Positions 1 through 12,023 of a DNA stretch of 47,988 bases are shown in pieces. Source of the DNA: Deltaproteobacteria bacterium (GTDB lineage: Bacteria > Myxococcota_A > UBA9160 > SMWR01). The first letter of the stretch is position 1. Each line of letters opens with the position of its first letter. The translations under genes and the position numbers were made by a program. Under the pieces are notes generated by a model that saw only the letters and a program-made list of their open reading frames with translations, made no database searches and was not told the DNA's origin. Location of the stretch: assembly GCA_032128115.1 (NCBI GenBank), contig JAQBHB010000030.1, positions 1 through 47,988 of the forward strand, read 5' to 3'.

Positions 1-1830
<1,830 letters not shown>

Positions 1831-1834
<4 letters not shown>

Positions 1835-3621
1835 GGTCCGAGGCGGCGGTGTTGGTAGAGGCTGCCGTCCGCGAAGCCCAGATCCCGGTAGTAGGCGCGG
1901 GTGCCCACGGCAGAGATCACCGAGAGTGTGTCGAAGCCCGCCTCCCGGGCCAGCTGGGCCGCGCGTTCCAGCAATGCCCGCCCCAGGCCCCGGTGCTGGG
2001 GTCGCCCGCTGGCTCGCTCGCCCACCGGAAGCGAAGGCCCGTATACGTGAACCTCGCGGACCAGCGCGCTCTCGCGCACTTCGTCGAGGAACGAGGGCCC
2101 GTCGGGCAGGCACAAGCGCAGGAAGGCCGCGATGCGATCGTCGTGGGTCGTGAACTGCAGGAATACTTCCCGCCCCACGGAGGTTGCGTACTCGAGGGCG
2201 CCGAGCGACAGCTCGTGCTCCTGGCAGGAACGCCCCCGGATCTCGCGGCCGCGGATGTCCCGACACCGAAGCCCCCGGTCGCGCAGGCGGCGCTCGGCCA
2301 CTTCGCGCAGATTGGCCGTGCGATTCCCGTCGACGATGTCACCGGACGAGAAGTCGCGAATCACCCGGGTCACCCGACAGTACGGCGGCGTCTGCACCAG
2401 GCACGCCTCCACCACCTCCAGCAGCTCGGCCTCCGAGTAGGGCCGCCAGTCGCCCGACGCGTACACGGCCATCAGGTCCGCACTGGCGATCAGGCTGCAG
2501 GGATACAACTTGAGTTCGTCGGGCCGGAAGTCGGCGTCGTCGAACAGCCGCGCGAAATCCGCCACGTCGTCGGCCGGCGACGACCCGTATAGATTGGGCA
2601 TCCAGTGGGCCTGGATCTTCAGGCCCGCAGCCCGCAACCAGCGCAGCGCCCGCCGCGAGACCGCCACATCGTGGCCCCGGCGGTTCGCCTCCAGCACCCG
2701 GTCCGAGAGGCTCTGGATTCCGATCTGGACCTTGGTGGCGCCCAGGCGCCGGATCCGATGGACCTCGTCGGGCGTCACGCAATCGGGTCGCGTCTCGAGC
2801 GAGAGTCCCACGCAACGGCAGCCGGCGCTCTCGTTCTCGCGCTGCACCCGCCCGAGATCCGCCCAGCTGGCGCACTCGTTCGCCGCCAGCAGCGAGTTTC
2901 CATGGCGGGCGGCCAGCAGGGGTCGAATCACCTGGTTGTACGAGCGACCCGGCGTGAGGCCGTCTACGGGCTCGGGGAGATCTTCGTCGCGAACCCGGGC
3001 GGGGGCTTCGCGCGCGTCCACACCCCTGGCGAAGTCGCACAGGGCCCGCAGGCAGCGCTCGACGAACCAGATCTGATAGGGCTCCGGGTAGTGCGACCAG
3101 GTGCCGCCAAGCACGATCAACTCCACCTTGTCGACCGGGTGTCCCACACTGCGCAGCGCATCCAGCCGGCTCCACGTCTGGCGATAGGGATCGAAGCCGT
3201 TGGCCTCGGCGCGCTGTGCGCCCGGCTCGTCGGCCAGGTAGCTCTTGGGCATCCGGACGTCGCTGGGACAGAAGAGGCAGCGGCCCGGGCACGGAAAGGG
3301 CTTCGTGAGCACGGTCACGGGTGTGACACCGCTGTGCGTGCGAACGGGGCGCAGGCGCAGCACCTCCAACATCTCGGCTTCGTCCACCGGCCAGTGGCGG
3401 CGGGCCGCAAAGTGGCGGAAGCCCGCGATCAACTCACTGCGCGAGAAGAGGCCACAGCCGTCGCGCGGGTGCTTCTTCAGGATCCGATCCAGGGCCTGGG
3501 AATCGCGTACGGGGGCGCTCGTCACCTCGTCGAGAATGGCGACGAGCTCGCGCTCGTGGCGAGCCGGGTCGAAGCGCGCACGCTCGGAATCGGCCCAGGT
3601 CGCGGCGGTCTTCGCGGTCAT
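1831..3621 (-). CDS. elp3: Elp3-family radical SAM / acetyltransferase (tRNA U34 carboxymethyltransferase)
   Basis: [16 protein letters not shown], radical SAM motif [35 protein letters not shown]-terminal KAT domain REVHVYG...QHRGLG...[16 protein letters not shown]. Confidence 0.92.
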
Positions 3622-3623
3622 GG

Positions 3624-4430
3624 GTGGCTACTGTATCGCAGGCTCCGGGGAACGAGCGGAGAGAACCACTGGACCCGACCACCGTTCGCGCGCTCAACGC
3701 CATCAACCGCCGCTTCTATCGCGACCGCGCGCAGGAATTCAGCCAGACCCGCGACACTCCCTGGCCGGGCTGGACACACCTGATGAAATCGCTGGGAGAC
3801 GAGCCCGCCGCGGAGCCGCTTCACGTCCTGGACGTGGGTTGCGGCAACGGCCGCTTCGCCAGCTTCCTGCGCGAACGAGGCCGGGTGTTCCGCTACCTGG
3901 GCATCGACGCCAGCACCGCGCTGCTTGACGACGCCCGCGCCCGGATCGCGGATTCCAGGGACATCGAGTTCGCGCAGATCGACTTCGTGGAGGCTCCACT
4001 CGATGGCTGGCGATCGGAACTGGATTTCTCGCTGATCGTGCTCTTCGGGGTGCTTCACCATGTGCCGGGGCGCGAGCAACGCGTGTCGCTGCTGCAGGCG
4101 CTGGCCCGCCGGCTCGCGCCGGACGGCCGCCTGGCGCTGACGGCCTGGCAGTTCCAGGCGTTCCAGCGCTTCCGCGACCGGCTGCTGCCCTGGGACCGCT
4201 TCAACCGGGAGAGCGACGAGCCCATCGATGCCGCCCAGCTGGAGGCCGGCGACCATCTGTTGCCCTTTGGGCCGGCCTCCGAAGCGGCGGTGCGCTTCTG
4301 CCACTTCAGCGACGAGAACGAGGTGCAGGCCGTTGTGGCCGACGCGGGCCTCGAGTGCCTGGAAACCTGGGGGGCCGACGGGCGCGAAGGCGACCTCAAC
4401 CGCTACTACCTGCTCCGCGCCGGGACTTGA
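3624..4430 (+). CDS. Class I SAM-dependent methyltransferase, Trm9/ALKBH8-like; true start may be CTG at 3669
   Basis: FY...EFSQTRDTPWPG, motif I LDVGCGNG, IDAS, VLHHVP..EQR, LAPDGRLALTAW. A GGAGAG SD-like sequence at 3658-3663 precedes CTG 3669. Confidence 0.85.
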   Translation: MATVSQAPGNERREPLDPTTVRALNAINRRFYRDRAQEFSQTRDTPWPGWTHLMKSLGDEPAAEPLHVLDVGCGNGRFASFLRERGRVFRYLGIDASTALLDDARARIADSRDIEFAQIDFVEAPLDGWRSELDFSLIVLFGVLHHVPGREQRVSLLQALARRLAPDGRLALTAWQFQAFQRFRDRLLPWDRFNRESDEPIDAAQLEAGDHLLPFGPASEAAVRFCHFSDENEVQAVVADAGLECLETWGADGREGDLNRYYLLRAGT

Positions 4431-4461
4431 TCCGCGCCCACCGGGGTGCAACCTTGCGCGC

Positions 4462-6126
4462 GTGGAAGCGCCGGAAGCCTTTGTGCAGGCGCCCACCGCC
4501 TCGCGTTCTGCCGTCAGCATGATCCCGCCGTATGTGTCCCTGAAGACCATCTCGGGCTGGATCGTGATGCTGCTGGTGGCGACCACCCTGGTCGCGTGGA
4601 TGGCGGTGGGCTTCGATATCGCCGACGCCCGGGTGCTGACACTCGAGGCCGCCGGCCGCCTCGTCGAGCCGGCCGAGAAGCGGGCCTACGCACTCACCGG
4701 TGCCGCCCTGCTGGCGCTGCAGGTCGCCCTGTATGGCGCCTTGGCCACGGGATTCATCATCTGGACCTACGCGGCGCGCAGCAACCTGCGGGCGCTGGGT
4801 GCGCGCCGCCTCGACTACACCACGGAATGGGCCGTGGCGGGCTGGTTCGTTCCGGTTCTCAACCTGGTGCGCCCCTACCAGGTGATCGCCGAGATCTGGA
4901 AGGCGAGCGACCCGGCCACCACCGAGGCCGTGGCCTGGAAGAAGGCTGCGACCCCGCCGCTGCTCCAGATCTGGTGGCTGGTGTTCGTGGCATTCGCCTG
5001 CCTCGAGATCGTGGTGCTGATCGCGGCGCTCTCCGCCGGCGACGTACCGGCCGAGTTCCGCTTCGCCCGCGGCGTCTCGATCCTGGCCGACGCCGGCGCC
5101 GCGGTCGCCGCCACCCTGGCGTACTTCGTGGTCACCAAGATCACCGACGCCCAGGACGAGAAGTGGGATCTGCGGGAGCAATACCGCGCCATCGACGAGG
5201 ACCTGCTGGTGCTGACGGCCGAGAAGCGCACGGCCCCCGAGCCCAAGCGCACGCGCGGGCGCGCGAAGTCGCGCATCGGGCCCTTGCCGTCACCGCGCCC
5301 CCCCCAGCGCGATGCGGCGTGGGAGCTGGCGGGCACGCGCTTCGATGCCGACACGGCAGTGCATTCGTCCGGCGACGGCCACTACAGCGCGCGCATCGAT
5401 CCCGGCTGGTGGGTGGTGGCGGGTCCCAACGGCGGATACATCGCGGCGTTGGTGCTGCGGGCACTGACGCGCAGCGTGAACGACCCGGAGCGCAGGCCGC
5501 GCAGCTTCACTCTCCACTTCACGGCCCCTCCGCTGCAGGGTCCGGCCCGGATCGAAACCCGGATCGAGCGAACCGGCCGCTCGCTCACCAGCGTCTCCGC
5601 CCGCCTGCTCCAGGACGACCGCCTGCTGGCGTTGGGCCTGGCGGCCTTCTCGAAGCCCCACGACGCCCTCGAGTACTGCCACGCCCCCATGCCCGACGCC
5701 CTGCCGCCCGAGCAATGCCCGCTCATGGAGAAGCACATCGAGATCCACGATCGCTACGAGCAGCGCTGGGCCATCGGATCGCCGCCCTTCCAGGGGGGCG
5801 ACCAGGCCCTCTGCGGGGGGTGGATCCGGCTGCCCGAGCCCCGGGTCAACGACGCCCTGTCGGTGGCCGCCTTCTGCGATGCCTTCCCCCCCGCCCTGTT
5901 CTCGAGCGTCCGACACGGGCAGATCACGGGCGGGGTCCCCACCGTGGAGCTCACCATCCACTTCCGCACCGCCCTGCCCCGCGTGGACGCCTACCCGGAC
6001 GACTGGGTGCTTGCGGTCTTTCGCTCCCAGCTGGCACGCGACGGCTTCCTCGAAGAGGCCGGGGAGATCTGGAGCCGCGATGGAGTGCTGCTGGCCCAAT
6101 CGCGCCAGCTGGCCGTCGTCCGCTGA
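4462..6126 (+). CDS. Fusion of a DUF4328-like membrane domain and an acyl-CoA thioesterase (TesB-like double hotdog); start GTG 4462 or ATG 4519
   Basis: N-half has four TM segments with WAVAGWFVPVLNLVRPYQVIAEIW. C-half has GPNGGY, RTGRS, AFCDAFPP, TVELTIHF, GFLEEAGEIWSRDGVLLAQSRQL. Confidence 0.8.
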   Translation: MEAPEAFVQAPTASRSAVSMIPPYVSLKTISGWIVMLLVATTLVAWMAVGFDIADARVLTLEAAGRLVEPAEKRAYALTGAALLALQVALYGALATGFIIWTYAARSNLRALGARRLDYTTEWAVAGWFVPVLNLVRPYQVIAEIWKASDPATTEAVAWKKAATPPLLQIWWLVFVAFACLEIVVLIAALSAGDVPAEFRFARGVSILADAGAAVAATLAYFVVTKITDAQDEKWDLREQYRAIDEDLLVLTAEKRTAPEPKRTRGRAKSRIGPLPSPRPPQRDAAWELAGTRFDADTAVHSSGDGHYSARIDPGWWVVAGPNGGYIAALVLRALTRSVNDPERRPRSFTLHFTAPPLQGPARIETRIERTGRSLTSVSARLLQDDRLLALGLAAFSKPHDALEYCHAPMPDALPPEQCPLMEKHIEIHDRYEQRWAIGSPPFQGGDQALCGGWIRLPEPRVNDALSVAAFCDAFPPALFSSVRHGQITGGVPTVELTIHFRTALPRVDAYPDDWVLAVFRSQLARDGFLEEAGEIWSRDGVLLAQSRQLAVVR

Positions 6127-6234
6127 GGCGAACCGGCCCGAGAAGCGCCTCAGACACCGGCAACTAGGGGTACAAGGGTCGGCCGAACTGCGCTCAACCG
6201 ACCCGCGCGCAGGGCCGATGAAGGCCGAGTACCC

Positions 6235-8943
6235 ATGCATGCCCTGCACCCGTCCAGAGCCTGGATTGCGAGCCTCGCGCTCGTCGCACTGACGCTGCCC
6301 GGAATCTCGAGCGCTCAGACGCCCGACGGGAACCGCGAAGCCAACGCGGGTGAGGCCGCGCCCGCCGCCGATTCCGAAGCCACGCCCCACGCGCGCCAGG
6401 AGATCGATGAGCTCCTGGGCCAGGAGATCGACGTGCTCCTGGAGGAGGCGCGGGGCGAACCGGCAGCCGAGCCGGCCCGCAGCGAGCCTCTGGAGCCAGA
6501 CTCGCTCGTCTCCTGGCTGCCGCCCGGGGCCCTCGAGGCCTGGGCCCGAGTGGGCCACCAGATGCAGGCGGCCGGCGCCGAAACCTGGTACGAGCTGAGG
6601 CGCGCCCTGCCGCCGCCCGCGACCCAGCGCCTGGATCAGCTGGTCGAACAGGCCCGGCAAACGGGTGCCGAGATGCTGCTACTCCAGGCGGGGGGCTTGC
6701 TGTTTGCCCTGATCGCACTGGTGCACCTGGTGCGGGGCCGGGGCGACGTAGCCGTAGCCATCGAGTACCCGGCCGAGCTGCGCGGCACCTTCAGCCTCCG
6801 GCTCTCCAACCGCAGGCCCAAGGGCCGCCTGCGCGGTCGCATCCTGTCGCCCGCGTCGGCCCAGCGCGCCAAGGCCCAGGCCGCCGCCTCGAGCCGCACC
6901 GAGCACCACATGGTGTCGCGCGAGACCCAGTTCCGGGAGACCCGGTCGGGCCGCTACTTCGTGACCGCCGACGGCTTCCTGCAGGCCCCGGACCAGGGCA
7001 ATGTGCTCGCCACCCACTGCGAAACCGTCGAGGTTCGCGTCAAGCGCGGCCGCACCGTGCGGGCCGAGTTCGACTTCCATCCCACCACCTGCGTCATCGA
7101 GGCGCGGGTGAGCTGGGACAAGCGGCCCGTGCAAGACGCCCGCGTCGCCGTGCGCGGCGTGCCCAGCTCCCTTCGCTTCTCGCGCAACGGCCCGGCGCGG
7201 ATCGGTGTGCAGCCCGGCGTGCACACGCTGATCGTGGGAAGCGGCGATCGCGTGGCCGAGATGCAGATCGAGGTCGTCTCCTTCAAGCCGACCCACGTGG
7301 AGATCGACCTGGCCGATCGGAATCTGCTGCTCTTCAGTGGCTGTCCGCCAGCGGTGGAGCCGTACCTGCTGGGAGACGTGCCCGGAGCGGCCCGCGCGCT
7401 GGAACGCGAGGGCCAGGCTGAGGTTTCGCACCTGCTGCTGGCCCGGCAGTCCCTGGCGATGGAAGACCGCGAGAGCGCCGCCCGACACTTCGAGTTGGCC
7501 GGTCGCCTGGTCGAGGCCGCGGAGATTCACGAAGCCCTGTTCGAATTCGCACCGGCAGCGGACCTGTACGAGCTTTCCGGCGAGACCGAACGCGCGGCCG
7601 AGATGCTGCGCTGCGGCGGCGACCTGCTCAAGGCCGGCGAGCTGTTCGAACGGTCCGGCCAGCACGAGATGGCGGTCGACTGCTTCCGGGAGGGAGGCGA
7701 TCGAACGCGCCTGGTGGATGCCCTGGAGAAAGCCAATCAGCCCTTCGAAGCCGCCGAGATCTCCATCGCGGTGGGCGACTGGTCCCGCGCGATTCGCAGC
7801 CTGCAGAACGTGGACCAGAGCCACGAGCGATATCTGGAGGCCGCGAACCTGCTGGCCGACGCCTACGAGCGCGAGGGACACGGCGACCTGGCCATCCGCA
7901 CCATGGAGCGGATCGTGGCCTACCGGGGCGAAGAGGAGGTGCCGCTGGACGAGTGCAGCCGCCTGGCCCGGATGCTGGAGAGTTCCCAGGAGCACGAGCG
8001 CGCCATCGAAGTGCTCGAAGTGATCCGGCGACGCGACGTGAGCTATCCGGGCGTGGCCACACGCATCGAGGGTCTGCGCAAGCGCATCACCAACACCGAC
8101 ACCAAGGGCGGCGGCGCTGCGCCCCGGCCCGACGGCTTCGGCGAGGACGGCGCCCGCTACGACATCCTCGAGGAACTGGGCCGCGGCGGCATGGGCGTGG
8201 TGTTCAAGGCTCGCGACCGGCGGCTGGGACGCGTAGTAGCGCTCAAGCGTCTGACCGAGAGCCTGCGCGAGCACCCGAAGGCCGTGCAGCTGTTCCTGCG
8301 CGAGGCGCGGGCGGCGGCGGCACTGAACCACCTGAACATCGTGACCCTCTACGACGCCGACCAGGAAGGCGACACCTTCTACATCACCATGGAATTCCTG
8401 GAGGGCTCCCCCTTGCAGTCGATCCTGGGTCGCAAGGGCAGACTCTCGGTCCGCGACGTGGCGCGCTTGGGCTCCCAGGTTGCTGCAGGCCTCGCGTACG
8501 CCGAGGAGCAGGGCATCGTGCACCGCGACATCAAGACCGCGAATCTGTTCTTCACCAACAAGAAGGTGGTGAAGATCATGGACTTCGGACTCGCGAAGAT
8601 GGTCGAGGAGGTGCGCAAGTCGTCCACGGTGATTGGCGGCACGCCCTACTACATGGCGCCGGAGCAGAGCCTGGGCCACGCCGTGGACCACCGGGCCGAC
8701 ATCTACGCCCTGGGCGTCACATTCTTCGAAATGGCCACGGGAACCGTCCCCTTCCGCGACGGCGACGTGGCCTACCACCACCGCCACACGCCGCCGCCGG
8801 ATCCGCGAGAACTCGTGCCCGAGCTTCCCGAATCGCTCGCCCAGCTGATCCTGCACATGATGGCCAAGAACCCGGACGAGCGGTGCAGCTCCGGGCGGGA
8901 AGTGAGAAGGCGGCTGAAGGATTCGTTGCGCGAGGCCGGTTGA
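6235..8943 (+). CDS. Membrane-anchored Hanks-type Ser/Thr protein kinase with helical (TPR/SNAP-like) repeats
   Basis: Signal peptide and one TM; C-terminal kinase with LGRGGMGVV, VALK, HRDIKTAN, DFGLA, GTPYYMAPEQ, DIYALG. Confidence 0.92.
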   Translation: MHALHPSRAWIASLALVALTLPGISSAQTPDGNREANAGEAAPAADSEATPHARQEIDELLGQEIDVLLEEARGEPAAEPARSEPLEPDSLVSWLPPGALEAWARVGHQMQAAGAETWYELRRALPPPATQRLDQLVEQARQTGAEMLLLQAGGLLFALIALVHLVRGRGDVAVAIEYPAELRGTFSLRLSNRRPKGRLRGRILSPASAQRAKAQAAASSRTEHHMVSRETQFRETRSGRYFVTADGFLQAPDQGNVLATHCETVEVRVKRGRTVRAEFDFHPTTCVIEARVSWDKRPVQDARVAVRGVPSSLRFSRNGPARIGVQPGVHTLIVGSGDRVAEMQIEVVSFKPTHVEIDLADRNLLLFSGCPPAVEPYLLGDVPGAARALEREGQAEVSHLLLARQSLAMEDRESAARHFELAGRLVEAAEIHEALFEFAPAADLYELSGETERAAEMLRCGGDLLKAGELFERSGQHEMAVDCFREGGDRTRLVDALEKANQPFEAAEISIAVGDWSRAIRSLQNVDQSHERYLEAANLLADAYEREGHGDLAIRTMERIVAYRGEEEVPLDECSRLARMLESSQEHERAIEVLEVIRRRDVSYPGVATRIEGLRKRITNTDTKGGGAAPRPDGFGEDGARYDILEELGRGGMGVVFKARDRRLGRVVALKRLTESLREHPKAVQLFLREARAAAALNHLNIVTLYDADQEGDTFYITMEFLEGSPLQSILGRKGRLSVRDVARLGSQVAAGLAYAEEQGIVHRDIKTANLFFTNKKVVKIMDFGLAKMVEEVRKSSTVIGGTPYYMAPEQSLGHAVDHRADIYALGVTFFEMATGTVPFRDGDVAYHHRHTPPPDPRELVPELPESLAQLILHMMAKNPDERCSSGREVRRRLKDSLREAG

Positions 8944-8953
8944 TCTCGGTCCG

Positions 8954-8994
8954 GCTCAGGCAATCAGACGCTCAGGCAATCAGACGGTCAGGCA
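8954..8994. repeat. 16-bp tandem repeat GCTCAGGCAATCAGAC, about 2.5 copies, between convergent genes
   Basis: Identical units at 8954-8969 and 8970-8985, with a partial third copy. Confidence 0.85.
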
Positions 8995-9956
8995 GGCCCC
9001 AGGCCCGCAGCGCGGCGCGCCGCCTCCACCACGGGCGCCGCCATCTCTCGCGCGCGCACGGCCCCGGATGACAACAGATCCTCGAGATCGTCCGGCCGCT
9101 GTTCCAGCTCCGCGCGCCGCTCGCGCATGGGAGCAAAGACCTCCAGCAGGCGCCGCAACAGATCCACCTTCACATCGCCGTAGCCGAGCCCCCCGGCCCG
9201 CGCCCGCTCGAACATCTGCTCGCGTTCGTCGGAGCTCGCGAACAGGGACCACAGGGCGAAGACCGTCGTGTCGGTCTTCTTGGGATCCTCGACCGGCGTC
9301 GAGTCCGTGACGATTGCCATCACGGCCTTCTTCAGGCGCTTCTCGGGCCAGAACATCCGGATGGTGTTGTCGTAGGACTTGCTCATCTTGCGGCCGTCCA
9401 CCCCGGGCACCACCGCCACATCGTCCAGGATATAGGGCTCCGGCAGCTTGAAGACATCTTCGCCGTAGACATGGTTGAAGCGCTTGGCCATGTCGCGAGT
9501 CATCTCCAGGTGCTGCTTCTGGTCCTGCCCCACGGGCACGATGTCCGAGCCGTAGATCAGGATGTCGGCGGCCATCAGAACCGGGTAGGCGAACAGGCCG
9601 AGATCCACCGGAATTCCCTGGGCCACCTTGTCCTTGTAGGCGTGGGAGCGTTCGAGCAGTCCCATGGGCGCGATGGACGTCAGGATCCAGCTGAGCTCGC
9701 AGACCTCGGGCAGGTCCGATTGGCGGTAGAGCACCGCGCGCTCCGGGTCGAGCCCGCACGCCAGATAGTCGAGCGCCACCTCGCGCACCAGACGCCGACG
9801 CTCGGCGGCATCGCGCACGGACGTCATGGAGTGGTAGTCGGCGATGAAGTAGATCGCGTCGCCCCTGGCCTGCAACTCCACGTGCTGGCGAATGGCGCCG
9901 AAATAGTTGCCGATGTGGCACTCGCCCGACGAGGTGATGCCCGACAGGATCCGCAC
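8988..9956 (-). CDS. trpS: Tryptophan--tRNA ligase
   Basis: HIGN, YPVLMAADIL, VPVGQDQKQHLE, KMSKS. Confidence 0.97.
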   Translation of the reverse strand: MRILSGITSSGECHIGNYFGAIRQHVELQARGDAIYFIADYHSMTSVRDAAERRRLVREVALDYLACGLDPERAVLYRQSDLPEVCELSWILTSIAPMGLLERSHAYKDKVAQGIPVDLGLFAYPVLMAADILIYGSDIVPVGQDQKQHLEMTRDMAKRFNHVYGEDVFKLPEPYILDDVAVVPGVDGRKMSKSYDNTIRMFWPEKRLKKAVMAIVTDSTPVEDPKKTDTTVFALWSLFASSDEREQMFERARAGGLGYGDVKVDLLRRLLEVFAPMRERRAELEQRPDDLEDLLSSGAVRAREMAAPVVEAARRAAGLGPA

Positions 9957-9960
9957 GCTG

Positions 9961-10935
9961 TCAGGCCGCGTCGACGGGGGCGAGCCAGTGCTCGAAATCC
10001 GGGTCCTGGCCCGACACCACCTGGCCGAAGCGCTCGCGCAGGCGGCGCGTCAAGGGTCCCGGCTCGCCATTGCCCACCGGGTGTCCGTCGAGGGATCCCA
10101 CGGGCCAGACCCCGGCGGTGGTGCCCGTGAGGAATACCTCGGCCGCGTCGCCCAGATCCTCGGGGAGCACGCGTGCTTCCGAGCACGGGATGCCATCGTG
10201 CTTCGCGATTTCGATCACCGTGCGGCGGGTCACGCCCAGCAGCACCCGGGCTTCCGGGGGCGTGCGCAGGGCGCCTGCGGCGTCTACCCAGAACACGTTG
10301 GTGGTGGGGCCCTCGGCCACGAAGCCCTCCTCGTCTACCAGCAGGATCTCGTCGTAGCCGGCCTTGCGCGCGGCCCACTTGGCCATCATGGGCGACGCGT
10401 AGTTGGCGGCCACCTTGGCCTGGGGCGAAACGATGTCGGCCCGGCGGTTGCGCCGGTTCTTCTCGATCCAGACTCGCAGCACCGCGCGCACCGGGTAGCT
10501 GCCCGGATTGCGCCGGATCACGTCCTCGAAGGGGTCGTAGGCGGCAATCGCCACGGTGACGCGCTCGTCCATGGGAACCACGTCTACCTCGACCGCCGCC
10601 AGATAGGCGCTCGCCTTCACCGACTTCGCGCCCGGGTTGGCCCGCACCGTGGCCAGGATGGCCTGCTCCAGCGCCTCGCGGTCCAGGGGTCGGGGCAGCC
10701 CCATCAGGTCGGCCGAGGCCAGGAAGCGCTCCACGTGCTCCCGCAGCCGGAACACGGCCGGCCCCCGCGGTGTCTCATGAACGCTCATGTAATCGAAGAT
10801 CAGGGAGCCCCGCTGGTGGCTGTGCGACAGCACGTGAACGGTGGCTTCGGCCCAGGGCACGAGACGGCCGTCCAGCCAGATCCGGCGGTCGGGCGGCTCC
10901 GGGGAGCTAGAGGGCCGGGAAGCGTTCTCAGCCAC
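9961..10935 (-). CDS. ilvE: Class IV PLP aminotransferase (branched-chain amino acid aminotransferase-like)
   Basis: IWLDGRLVPWAEATVHVLSH, FRLREHVERF, AKVAANY, EGPTTNVF, LLGVTRRTV, EVFLTGT. Confidence 0.85.
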   Translation of the reverse strand: MAENASRPSSSPEPPDRRIWLDGRLVPWAEATVHVLSHSHQRGSLIFDYMSVHETPRGPAVFRLREHVERFLASADLMGLPRPLDREALEQAILATVRANPGAKSVKASAYLAAVEVDVVPMDERVTVAIAAYDPFEDVIRRNPGSYPVRAVLRVWIEKNRRNRRADIVSPQAKVAANYASPMMAKWAARKAGYDEILLVDEEGFVAEGPTTNVFWVDAAGALRTPPEARVLLGVTRRTVIEIAKHDGIPCSEARVLPEDLGDAAEVFLTGTTAGVWPVGSLDGHPVGNGEPGPLTRRLRERFGQVVSGQDPDFEHWLAPVDAA

Positions 10936-11057
10936 GCTGGGACTGTATCACGGTCCCCGCGGGACGGCTCCGCGAGAAAGTGCAGTTTTTAGGTCGAAAT
11001 CCGCGTCACTTCTTGGAGAAACCCGCCACACACCCATTGGAGGGAAGAAACGAGCGT

Positions 11058-11180
11058 ATGCGGCGAGTAATCGGAAAAGTGACTGCAGTACTAACGCTGT
11101 CTGCTGAGCTCTATCGAGAACTCGCCTATTCGGCGACGCGTTTGGTGACGACCAGGCGGCTGAGCCGAGCGAACCTCTGA
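11058..11180 (+). CDS. Possible 40-aa small protein
   Basis: ATG at 11058 with a purine-rich GGAGGGAAG upstream at long spacing; amphipathic sequence MRRVIGKVTAVLTLSAELYRELAYSATRLV. No family recognised. Confidence 0.35.
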   Translation: MRRVIGKVTAVLTLSAELYRELAYSATRLVTTRRLSRANL

Positions 11181-11231
11181 TACTTCCCGAGCCTACCCAG
11201 TCAACTCCAATTCACTGGGGCCGGCCACCGC

Positions 11232-11579
11232 CTAGCGGTGGCCGGCAGTGGCCTCTTCCGGCCGGAGCGGCGCGATTTCAGCCCCTGCCTCGGCCAGCTC
11301 CAGATCGTGCTCCATGGACAGCCGGCGAACCCGGGCATCGGCCTCGCGCTGGTCCATGGCCATCAGACGCGGCTCGTTGAGCTTCACCCAGGTGCGGGCG
11401 GCAAGCGTCAGGGAAAACACGAAGCAGACCACGGCCACCACCACGAAATCCATGGACGACAGGCTCAGGATATTGGGCCGGTACACGGTGGTGAGGGCCA
11501 CGGCCTTCAGCACCGCACCCACCCCCAGGCTGGTCCAGCCCACGAGAATCAACAGATCGATGATGGGCAGAACCGGCAC
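11232..11579 (-). CDS. Hypothetical membrane protein (2 TM)
   Basis: GTG start with AGGAGG SD, two hydrophobic segments and a charged tail. Confidence 0.75.
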   Translation of the reverse strand: MPVLPIIDLLILVGWTSLGVGAVLKAVALTTVYRPNILSLSSMDFVVVAVVCFVFSLTLAARTWVKLNEPRLMAMDQREADARVRRLSMEHDLELAEAGAEIAPLRPEEATAGHR

Positions 11580-11852
11580 CGCGACACCTCCTGGATCCGA
11601 GCCTGGATGCGATCCCGCCCGACCTTGGCCGACCCGGCAGGTGGGCCCATCCTACGGCGCGCAGTGACTCCGGGTCAACGAAACCAGCGCCCGGGGCCGC
11701 AATCCGTGTGCCGGATGAGGCCTGCCAACCCCACTTCGGCTGCGAATCCGGACGGACTGGACCCTCTCATGGCACCCCCCCGGCCCGGCCGATAAGATCC
11801 GCCGGTCGACGCTGCCGGGGCACCGCAACGCGGTCCCCGAACGCCCCACCAG

Positions 11853-11925
11853 GCCGACGTAGCTCAGTTGGTAGAGCAGCTGATTCGTAATCAGCAGGTC
11901 AGCGGTTCGAATCCGCTCGTCGGCT
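11853..11925 (+). tRNA. tRNA-Thr(CGT); CCA not encoded
   Basis: Acceptor stem GCCGACG/CGTCGGC, D-arm AGCTCAGTTGGTAGAGC, anticodon stem GCTGA/TCAGC with loop TTCGTAA, T-loop GGTTCGAATCC. Confidence 0.97.
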
Positions 11926-11957
11926 TCAACACCAGCGGTCAAGCGGTCAACTGGAGC

Positions 11958-11981
11958 GCAATCGGGCCCGAGCCCGATTGC
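11958..11981 (+). terminator. Perfect 10-bp hairpin after the tRNA (terminator-like)
   Basis: GCAATCGGGC-CCGA-GCCCGATTGC; only a weak U-tract follows. Confidence 0.5.
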
Positions 11982-12023
11982 CACCAATTCTCTTCAACAG
12001 CGCCAACTGGATCTAAATCCAGT

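Noticed and set aside
11853..11925. tRNA-Thr as the substrate of the nearby Elp3
   Set aside because: The anticodon CGT has C34, not U34, so the proximity is probably incidental.
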